From assembly GCF_012571345.1 (NCBI RefSeq), contig NZ_CP046218.1, forward strand, positions 422,163 to 428,971: a stretch of 6,809 bases of DNA, in the 5' to 3' direction. Positions 1 to 6,809 of the stretch are shown here, in pieces (position 1 is the stretch's first letter; every line of letters begins with the position of its first letter). A program made the position numbers and the translations under genes. The notes beneath the pieces were generated by a model, which ran no database searches, was not told the origin of the DNA, and saw nothing but the letters and a program-made list of their open reading frames with translations. The DNA is from Candidatus Saccharimonadota bacterium. Its GTDB lineage: Bacteria; Pseudomonadota; Gammaproteobacteria; Enterobacterales; Enterobacteriaceae.

Positions 1-744
1 TGGATAGGTATAATAAGTTTATTCCCTAAAATGTTTGATGCTATTAAAAATTATGGTATTACCAGACAAGGAATAAAAAAAAAATTATTACAATTAGATT
101 TTTGCAATCCTAGAGATTATACAAATAATAAATATAAAATAGATGCGCCAATATATGGTGGTGGTGGTGTAATATTAAAACCTGAACCATTAATTAAAGC
201 TATTAAAGAAATTAAAAAAAAAACAAAAAATAAAAATATAAAAGTAATTTATTTGTCTCCCCAAGGGAAACATATTAATATACAATATATAAAAACTTTA
301 TTACAACATGATTTTATTTTAATTTGTGGACGATATAAAGGTATAGATGAACGTGTAATACAATATTTTATAGATGAAGAAATTTCTATTGGTGACTATA
401 TTTTAAGTGGCGGAGAATTACCTGCAATGATTGTTATTGATGCTGTATCTAGATTAATACCAGGAGTATTAAATAATATTACATCTAATCAAACAGATTC
501 TTTTTATAATAATGGATTATTAGATTGTCCTAATTATACACGTCCACAAAAAATCACAAATTATTCTCATGTTCCAGATGTATTGTTATCAGGTCATCAT
601 AAAAAAATAAATGATTGGAAGTTACAAAACTCTTTAGGTTATACATGGCTCAAAAGACCTGATTTATTAAATAAAAAAAAATTAAATCATAAAGAAAAAT
701 ATCTTTTAAAGATCTTTAAAAAAAAATTTTTTAATATTAAGTAA
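1..744 (+). CDS. trmD: tRNA (guanine37-N1)-methyltransferase TrmD; 5'-partial, apparently missing only the ATG codon
   Basis: Frame 1 is open from nt 1. Codons 1-30 read WIGIISLFPK, which matches the E. coli TrmD N-terminus MWIGIISLFPEMF (recalled from memory). The ATG at 31 is therefore an internal Met and the true start lies just off-window. SPOUT/trefoil-knot motifs are conserved: YLSPQGK, CGRYKGIDERV, SIGDYILSGGELPAM, VSRLIPGVL, DSF..GLLDCPNYTRP and VLLSGHH. The stop is TAA at 742-744. Confidence 0.95.
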   Translation, partial: WIGIISLFPKMFDAIKNYGITRQGIKKKLLQLDFCNPRDYTNNKYKIDAPIYGGGGVILKPEPLIKAIKEIKKKTKNKNIKVIYLSPQGKHINIQYIKTLLQHDFILICGRYKGIDERVIQYFIDEEISIGDYILSGGELPAMIVIDAVSRLIPGVLNNITSNQTDSFYNNGLLDCPNYTRPQKITNYSHVPDVLLSGHHKKINDWKLQNSLGYTWLKRPDLLNKKKLNHKEKYLLKIFKKKFFNIK

Positions 745-749
745 GAGGT
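743..749 (+). promoter_or_regulatory. Shine-Dalgarno sequence (AAGAGGT) for rplS, overlapping the trmD stop codon
   Basis: AAGAGGT lies at 743-749, 4 nt upstream of the rplS ATG at 754. It is the only purine/G-rich element in any intergenic spacer of this window. Confidence 0.7.
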
Positions 750-753
750 AAAC

Positions 754-1104
754 ATGAATATTATTAATGAAATAAATCAACAGTATATTAAGAATAAAAA
801 AAATATACCGATTTTTAGAATCGGAGATACATTAGTGGTACACTTATGGGTACTCGAAGGAAATAAAAAAAGAATTCAGTTATTTGAAGGTATGGTAATT
901 GCAAAAAGTAATAAAAATATTAATTCTTCTTTTACATTACGTAAAATAGCTCATGGAGTTGGTGTAGAACGTGTCTTTCCTCTATATTCTAATATGATAC
1001 ATACCATATATATTAAAAAACTAGGTTTGGTTAGAAAAGCAAAATTATATTTTTTACGTAAATTAACTGGTAAAGCAGCACGTATTAAAGAACGTTTAAT
1101 CTAA
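754..1104 (+). CDS. rplS: 50S ribosomal protein L19
   Basis: The 116-aa ORF is collinear with E. coli L19 (115 aa, recalled). Shared segments include [39 protein letters not shown] and [23 protein letters not shown]. It sits immediately downstream of trmD, as in the conserved rpsP-rimM-trmD-rplS operon, and has a good SD. Confidence 0.97.
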   Translation: MNIINEINQQYIKNKKNIPIFRIGDTLVVHLWVLEGNKKRIQLFEGMVIAKSNKNINSSFTLRKIAHGVGVERVFPLYSNMIHTIYIKKLGLVRKAKLYFLRKLTGKAARIKERLI

Positions 1105-1116
1105 AAAATAATAATA

Positions 1117-2976
1117 TTAGTTTATAATATTATGTAGTAAAAGTTTTTTCTTAAAATTAGAATAACGTTTTATCTTTTGTTGTATTGTTTGAAAAAATAT
1201 GTTATATGGACTAAAAATATATATTTTTTTTTTAGCTCTGGTTACAGCAGTATAAATTAATTCTCTATTTAATATAGAAGTAAATTTATTTGGTAAAATT
1301 AATGCAACATGATTAAATTCTGATCCTTGTGCTTTATGTATGGTAATCGCATAAGACATGTCATGTTCAGGTAATTCATCAATATTAATAAATTTGTATT
1401 GATGATGAGGTAATTGAAAAATTATTTGAAGTTTTTTTTTTTTCTGATTCCATATGGTTATACCTATATCACCATTAAATAAATTTAATAAATGATTATT
1501 TTTAGTAATAATGATGGGTTTACCTGGGTACCAAATTGATTCCATATAATGAAAACTATATTTTTGTTCAGAAAATATATTATCTAGTTTATTATTCATT
1601 ATATTCGTTCCAAATAAACCATTTTTAATAGCACATAAAATTTGATAATTTTTTAAATTATGAAAATAATTATCAATATTTTTTATGTCATTATAATGTT
1701 TAATATAATAAAAATATTGTTTAAAATATATAATATGATTTTGAATCATATTATTATATATTTTAATACTATTAATATTAATATATTGTACGTCATAATA
1801 TTTATGGGTTGAAAATACACTTTGTATATCTTTTATGCGTTTTTTTTTAATAGATAGAGCTAATTTGTGTATACCTGAGGAATGTTTATAACGATAATTT
1901 TTTGTTAATGTATGAATACAATTACGAATATAACATGTTGTATTATTTTTATTAATCTTCATAGTCATTAACATCGTTGTTAAAAAATTTTTATAAGCTT
2001 TGGTAATGTTAAATTTTTTAAAATAACATATGTCCTGTAATAAATAACCAGTATTTATTGGAGGTAACTGATATTCATCACCTAATAAAACTAAAGAACT
2101 ATTTTTAGGTAAACTATCTAAAATCATAGCCATTAGATGCAAATCAATCATAGATGCTTCATCAACAATTAATAATTGTGTATTTAATTGATTTTGTTGA
2201 TTAAATATGGTAGTTTTTTTGTATACATTAATTTTAAAAAAATTATGTATAGTTGTAGCATTATGTGGTATTTGTTTAGCTTCTTCTTGTGTTACTACTG
2301 AAAGAGGTAATAAACTAAAAAATACATTTAATGATTCTGTTATTCTATTAGCAGCTTTACCTGTAAAAGCAATAATATGTATTATTACATTTTTTTTAAT
2401 TTTTATAAAAGCCAAAATAATTTTTGCTATAATAGTGGTTTTACCTGTTCCTGGAGAACCTGTAATAATACTGATTCTATGCATCAAAGCTGTTATAATA
2501 GCTATTTTTTGAGATATATTATTAACATCATAAAATAGATCATTTAGATGATTTTTTATTTGTGTAATGTATTGTACATAATATTTATTATTTAGAAAAT
2601 GATTAACAATAGTATTTTCTAATTTCCACATTCTATACATATAAAAACATTTATGTTCTATTATAAAGGGTGTAATTTGCATTTCTTTACCATTACTTAC
2701 GATATATGAATATGATAATAATTTTTTTTCCCAATTAATATTACTAGAAAAAAATTTATGAATTTTATTTAATAGAGTTTTATTATCATAAAAAATTTTT
2801 TTTAGATTTAATTGTGATATTGGTAAACATATATTACCATCTCGTACAAATTTACTTAAATATGACACAGCAAACATTAATTCTGGTTGTGTATGACTTA
2901 TTAAAATATTTGCAAATTGTAAATCGATTTCTTGAAATAGTTTACTTTGAGATAATAGTTTTAATAAACGATGCAT
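1117..2976 (-). CDS. recD: Exodeoxyribonuclease V alpha subunit RecD (SF1B helicase)
   Basis: The 619-aa ORF is collinear with E. coli RecD (about 608 aa, recalled). Walker A GSPGTGKTT is encoded at 2434-2460. Other conserved motifs are FTGKAANRITES, LIVDEASMIDL (motif II), LLGDEYQLPP, LTKNYRY, LFNGDIGI, AITIHKAQGSEF and ELIYTAVTRAKKK. It lies directly downstream of recB. Confidence 0.94.
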   Translation of the reverse strand: MHRLLKLLSQSKLFQEIDLQFANILISHTQPELMFAVSYLSKFVRDGNICLPISQLNLKKIFYDNKTLLNKIHKFFSSNINWEKKLLSYSYIVSNGKEMQITPFIIEHKCFYMYRMWKLENTIVNHFLNNKYYVQYITQIKNHLNDLFYDVNNISQKIAIITALMHRISIITGSPGTGKTTIIAKIILAFIKIKKNVIIHIIAFTGKAANRITESLNVFFSLLPLSVVTQEEAKQIPHNATTIHNFFKINVYKKTTIFNQQNQLNTQLLIVDEASMIDLHLMAMILDSLPKNSSLVLLGDEYQLPPINTGYLLQDICYFKKFNITKAYKNFLTTMLMTMKINKNNTTCYIRNCIHTLTKNYRYKHSSGIHKLALSIKKKRIKDIQSVFSTHKYYDVQYININSIKIYNNMIQNHIIYFKQYFYYIKHYNDIKNIDNYFHNLKNYQILCAIKNGLFGTNIMNNKLDNIFSEQKYSFHYMESIWYPGKPIIITKNNHLLNLFNGDIGITIWNQKKKKLQIIFQLPHHQYKFINIDELPEHDMSYAITIHKAQGSEFNHVALILPNKFTSILNRELIYTAVTRAKKKIYIFSPYNIFFQTIQQKIKRYSNFKKKLLLHNIIN

Positions 2977-3000
2977 TTATATTACCAAAATATTAATATT

Positions 3001-6000
3001 TTACTTAAATAATAAATCTAATTTTTGGATTAGTTCTATTGATGGTTTATGCAACCAAATACCATTTTTATTTTTCATATTATCATTAATTCCTCGTATA
3101 TATAAATAAATAACAGCACCAAAATGTTTATTATAATTATAGTGATACATGTTGTTTTTTAAATATTTGTGTAAAGCTAATGTATACAATTGATATTGTA
3201 CGTCATAACGATTTCTACATATATCATTTTTTATATTTTTATAATTATAGTAATTAATATTGTAACCTAACCAAGTAGTTTTATAATCAATAATATAATA
3301 TTTATTATTCCATATACATACTAAATCTATCATACCATTTAAAAATCCTTTAAATTCTGGAAAATATATTGTTGATAGATTTGAAGAAATCATATCATAT
3401 TTTTTAATAATATTATTAAATTCTATATAATGAATATTATTTTTTATTGTACAATAGAATTCAAATTCGACTTGTTTATATTCTTCTATTGCAAGTTGTT
3501 TTAATATAATTTGCTGTGTTCCTAATGGTTTATTAATGATATTATTAATCCAATTAATTAACATTTTATTCCAAGAAATATGAATATTATTTTTTAATAA
3601 TTCTTTTTTAATAATATCATTAATATTATTATATTTTGTAATAACTTTTTCTAGAATTTTATGTATAAATATACCAATATTTTTACCTACTAAAAAATTA
3701 TGTTGTGTTTTTTTAGTATATTTTTTTTGTTCTTGTAAAAAATAAAATGTTTCAATAGGTTTGATATAAATTTTATTTTCATATTGTATTTGTTTTATTT
3801 TAGTAAAGTTCATAATCTCTAAAATATTAAATTTATTTGGAATATTATTATTATGTTCTAAAAAATCATATTGATATATTAAAACATGAGGAGTAACAAT
3901 TTTATTGACTGTAAACATATTACAATTTAAAATAATTAAGTTGATATCATTAGTACTGAATTGTTTTATATTTTTATATAAAATGTTTGTATCATAATTT
4001 TTATTTTTTAATAAATACTGTAAAGCATTAAAATATTTTATATATTTATAATATTTATTATGTTGATGAAACTGTATGTTAGCTAGACCAATATTACAAG
4101 TAAAAATAGACCTAGTAATAGATACATACAATAATCTCAAATTTTCTGATAATGATTCTTGTAAAGCATATTGAATACTTTCTCGTTTTTTATGAAAATC
4201 AATATTTTTTTCATAAGTAATGGGATCATGATAAATAATAACTTCGGAATTAATAACATCAATAAAATTACAAACGATAAAAGGTAACCATACAATATTA
4301 AATTGTAAACCTTTAGATTGATGGATAGTCATAATTCTTATATGATTATTTTCATCATATTGTTTAGGCAAACATAATATATTTTTAAAATTTGGATATA
4401 TAATTTGTTTTGTGATCCATTGTATTAAAATGTTTATATTAGTAGTTTGTCTAAATATTGTTTGTATATGTTCCCCTATATATAATATATTTTTAATTTG
4501 TTTTGTATTATATAAGCAAATAATATCTATTTTTTTAAAAATATTTTTCTTAAGAAAAAAATATTTTAACATATATAGAATACCTTTTTGTTGCCAAATT
4601 CCTTTATATATAGAAAATTGTCGCATAATTTTTAATAAAAAATTATTTTTTTTATCCACATCAAAATTTTGCAATGATGTGGTAAATAAAGAATGATTTA
4701 ATATACACATAACATATTTTATATTATATGGTTCAGCAATAGCTCTTAAAAGTAAAACTAGTTCTTTAGCTTCTAAATTTTGGAAAATATTATTTTGTTC
4801 AGATAAATATATAGACAATATATTAAATTTTATTAGTTCCTTTTGTATAATATATGCTTCATATTTATTACGCACTATGATAACAATATCAGTTATATTA
4901 ATTTTTTTTTTTTTTTTATTTACAATAATATAATTATCATGCAATAAAGTTTCATAAATATTTTTAGCACATATATATGCAATTTTTTGTTTGAAACACA
5001 TATTATTATCTTCATGCATATCAAACCAAAATGTTATACCCGGTTGTATCTTATTATGTATTATTAAATTATAATTATATTTTTCCTGTATATATTTAAG
5101 AGGTCGAAAATATATGTTTTTTAATAAAAAAGGATTAGATCTATTCATAAACAAATTATTAATACTATTGGTCATAGTACTTGACGAACGCCAATTATAT
5201 TGTAGTGTATAACAATATTGAATTTTTTGTTTAGCTTGCAAATATGTAAATACATCAGCATTTCTAAATGCATAAATAGATTGTTTGGGATCACCAATAT
5301 AAATTAATAAACTATTATGTATATTATTCAAATAAATTTTTTGAAAAATATTATATTGTTCTATACTAGTATCTTGAAATTCATCTAATAAAACAACAGG
5401 ATATTTTTTTTGAATATCTTGGGCTATTGATATACCTAAAGTACTGTTTAAACGGTTTAATAAAATATTTAGCAAATCATCAAAACTAATTTGTCTTGTT
5501 TTTATTTTTTTTATTTTAATAAAATTATTTATATATTCTACTACTTGAGATAAAATTAAATGTTTTAAGCTGACTATTTTGTTTAAAAAAATATCTATTT
5601 TAGTAAATAAAATATGTTTAGGAGGGCATTTAATACTATGTAAAATTAAGTTTTTTTGTGAAAATTTTTTTAATTTTATAGGATAACTATTATCTAATGT
5701 ATTTGTAATAGCCCATACATTAATTTCTGTAATCCATTTAATTAATGAACGTTTATTATATAAATATTTATTTATATCACTATCATGTATAATATGTAAA
5801 ATATTTTTATAATATAATTGCCATGATTTTTTCATAATATTAATATAATTAATATTATGTTTAAATTGTTTAGTAAAATGAATATTATATGTGTTAGATT
5901 TAATATTTAAATGTTTATAATGATAAAAAAATGGCAATATAGATTGTAATAAGTATTTTGGTGTTTTAAATTTTTTAAAAAATATTTTTACAATTTGCAT

Positions 6001-6543
6001 GGGTAAAGATTGAATATGTTCATGCCAAAATTGTGTAATAGCTTGATGAATCCAATATAATTCTAATTCATTATTCATAATAGTAATTACATTATGTGTA
6101 ATATCATAACTTTTCAAATTTAAAATTCTTTGACAAAATGAATGAATTGTATAAATAGATGCTTTATGTATATTTTTGATCGCTTGCAATAAAATTTTTT
6201 TGGCTTGCATCAAATCTTTAATTTCTGATAAAAGTATATTAATCATCTGATACTTACTTGACCCATTAATACAAGCACGTAATAAAATTTGTATACTATT
6301 AACGATTCTTTTATATAAATCACAAGCAGCCATTTCAGTAAAAGTTACAACTAAAATATTTTGTACAGTTAAAGGTGTAGAATATAGTTTTGGTTTATAT
6401 AAACCTAAAATCAAACGTAAATACACAATAACAATTGTAAATGTTTTTCCTGTACCAGCAGATGCTTCGATTAAATATTGCCCTTGTAAATGCATCTTAT
6501 ATGGATTAAATTCTTGAGTTAATAATATCGGTAATTTCATCAT
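3001..6543 (-). CDS. recB: Exodeoxyribonuclease V beta subunit RecB (SF1A helicase plus C-terminal nuclease)
   Basis: The ORF is 1180 aa, the same length I recall for E. coli RecB. Walker A IEASAGTGKTFTI is encoded with ASAGTGKT at 6442-6465. Other helicase motifs are VLLDEFQDTS, IGDPKQSIYAFRNADVFTY, YNWRSS, MTIHQSKGLQFNIVWLPF and LRLLYVSITRS. The C-terminal nuclease motif is GMIDLV(x)12IIDYKTTWLG, with D1073 at 3325-3327 and D1086-Y-K1088 at 3280-3288. The Asp-Asp spacing of 13 residues matches E. coli D1067/D1080/K1082. QYQLYTLALHKYL is also present. There are two adjacent ATGs (6543 and 6540), so the start could be either. Confidence 0.96.
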   Translation of the reverse strand: MMKLPILLTQEFNPYKMHLQGQYLIEASAGTGKTFTIVIVYLRLILGLYKPKLYSTPLTVQNILVVTFTEMAACDLYKRIVNSIQILLRACINGSSKYQMINILLSEIKDLMQAKKILLQAIKNIHKASIYTIHSFCQRILNLKSYDITHNVITIMNNELELYWIHQAITQFWHEHIQSLPMQIVKIFFKKFKTPKYLLQSILPFFYHYKHLNIKSNTYNIHFTKQFKHNINYINIMKKSWQLYYKNILHIIHDSDINKYLYNKRSLIKWITEINVWAITNTLDNSYPIKLKKFSQKNLILHSIKCPPKHILFTKIDIFLNKIVSLKHLILSQVVEYINNFIKIKKIKTRQISFDDLLNILLNRLNSTLGISIAQDIQKKYPVVLLDEFQDTSIEQYNIFQKIYLNNIHNSLLIYIGDPKQSIYAFRNADVFTYLQAKQKIQYCYTLQYNWRSSSTMTNSINNLFMNRSNPFLLKNIYFRPLKYIQEKYNYNLIIHNKIQPGITFWFDMHEDNNMCFKQKIAYICAKNIYETLLHDNYIIVNKKKKKINITDIVIIVRNKYEAYIIQKELIKFNILSIYLSEQNNIFQNLEAKELVLLLRAIAEPYNIKYVMCILNHSLFTTSLQNFDVDKKNNFLLKIMRQFSIYKGIWQQKGILYMLKYFFLKKNIFKKIDIICLYNTKQIKNILYIGEHIQTIFRQTTNINILIQWITKQIIYPNFKNILCLPKQYDENNHIRIMTIHQSKGLQFNIVWLPFIVCNFIDVINSEVIIYHDPITYEKNIDFHKKRESIQYALQESLSENLRLLYVSITRSIFTCNIGLANIQFHQHNKYYKYIKYFNALQYLLKNKNYDTNILYKNIKQFSTNDINLIILNCNMFTVNKIVTPHVLIYQYDFLEHNNNIPNKFNILEIMNFTKIKQIQYENKIYIKPIETFYFLQEQKKYTKKTQHNFLVGKNIGIFIHKILEKVITKYNNINDIIKKELLKNNIHISWNKMLINWINNIINKPLGTQQIILKQLAIEEYKQVEFEFYCTIKNNIHYIEFNNIIKKYDMISSNLSTIYFPEFKGFLNGMIDLVCIWNNKYYIIDYKTTWLGYNINYYNYKNIKNDICRNRYDVQYQLYTLALHKYLKNNMYHYNYNKHFGAVIYLYIRGINDNMKNKNGIWLHKPSIELIQKLDLLFK

Positions 6544-6557
6544 TATATTAAATAATT

Positions 6558-6809
6558 TTATTTTATTTTAAAATACAATATATCTAATAACCATGTTATT
6601 ATAATGTTTTGTATATCTAAAAATGTTTTTGATTGTATATCAAAATTTATTTTTTGGAAATATAAATCAGTTTTTTCACCAAAAAAATAATTTTCCCAAT
6701 AATAAAAAAATTTTTTTTCCGCTTGTTTTTGTATTTTGCTACTATAATTAATACTATTAATGTTGGCATTATAACAAATATTTATCCAAGCCCAAGAACT
6801 TTTCATAGG
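6558..6809 (-). CDS. recC: Exodeoxyribonuclease V gamma subunit RecC; C-terminal about 83 codons, with the 5' part off-window
   Basis: The reading frame is open to the right edge of the window (CCT precedes the ATG at 6806), so the listed Met is probably internal. The tail aligns with my recollection of the E. coli RecC C-terminus: AWINICYNA with AWLKTCYDA, IQKQAEKKF with LQKARTKFL, GEKTDLYFQK with GEGDDIWYQR, and LLDILYF with LLPLFRF. The stop is TAA at 6558-6560, 14 nt upstream of recB. This fits the recC-recB-recD operon order. Confidence 0.82.
   Translation of the reverse strand, partial: PMKSSWAWINICYNANINSINYSSKIQKQAEKKFFYYWENYFFGEKTDLYFQKINFDIQSKTFLDIQNIIITWLLDILYFKIK

Noticed and set aside
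31-33. The ATG at 31 offered as the trmD start in the ORF track
   Set aside because: The frame is open back to nt 1, and the upstream codons WIGIISLFPK match the conserved TrmD N-terminus. The real start is one codon beyond the left edge.
156-170. A Chi-like TGGTGGTGGTGG run, of possible interest because RecBCD is encoded nearby
   Set aside because: It lacks the GC of the E. coli Chi octamer GCTGGTGG. It is simply four GGT glycine codons in the TrmD YGGGG motif. I saw no exact GCTGGTGG or CCACCAGC anywhere in the window, and the Chi sequence of this lineage is unknown.
2207-2512. A 101-aa + strand ORF that looks like a hydrophobic membrane protein
   Set aside because: It is entirely nested antisense to the most conserved part of recD, including the Walker A codons. 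Its I/L/V/F-rich composition is what results from translating the complement of K/N/I/Y-rich AT codons. It has no SD and no recognisable motif.
2814-2996. A 60-aa + strand ORF
   Set aside because: It is nested antisense to the recD 5' end and runs into the recB-recD spacer. It is low-complexity and has no RBS, so it is most likely a chance ORF.
4412-4696. A 94-aa + strand ORF
   Set aside because: It is nested antisense within recB. It has a hydrophobic low-complexity translation and no independent support.
4902-4917. The possibility that long homopolymers mark frameshifted pseudogenes
   Set aside because: Every tract checked (75-84, 214-223, 1224-1233, 1432-1443, 4902-4917) is in frame. Conserved motifs continue on both sides, so the genes are intact as sequenced.
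6804-6806. The ATG at 6806 as the start of a stand-alone 82-aa gene
   Set aside because: The frame continues to the window edge, and the peptide aligns with the extreme C-terminus of RecC. It is a truncated view of a roughly 1100-aa gene.
1-6809. A search for a novel defence or accessory system, CRISPR array, tRNA or ncRNA, IS element or prophage remnant
   Set aside because: Five collinear orthologues of core E. coli genes account for all but 59 nt, in spacers of 9, 12, 24 and 14 nt. There are no direct repeat arrays, no terminal inverted repeats, no GC-rich structured-RNA-like segments outside coding sequence, and no orphan ORFs. This is an ordinary core-genome region of a reduced symbiont.

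Overview
The window is extremely AT-rich (about 80% A+T by eye) and almost entirely coding. Only 59 of 6809 nt lie between genes. It holds five conserved gammaproteobacterial housekeeping genes. On the + strand are trmD, which lacks only its first codon at the left edge, and rplS, the tail of the rpsP-rimM-trmD-rplS ribosomal operon. On the - strand, converging on rplS, are the 3' end of recC, then recB and recD, which together encode exonuclease V (RecBCD). The base composition, the Lys/Ile/Asn/Tyr/Phe-rich proteins, the tiny spacers and the loss of ptrA between recC and recB are typical of a reduced obligate insect endosymbiont derived from Enterobacterales (Buchnera- or Wigglesworthia-like). 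I cannot name the organism from the sequence alone. I found no RNA genes, CRISPR arrays, mobile elements or unexplained ORFs, and no evidence of a novel system; there is no room for one except nested inside conserved genes. The points worth a second look are modest. recB contains a 16-nt in-frame poly(A) tract, and trmD and recD contain 10-12 nt tracts. rplS and recD converge with a 12-nt gap that carries an A/T-only hairpin. The rplS/recD adjacency is not the E. coli arrangement. The RecBCD catalytic motifs are intact despite the extreme compositional drift.
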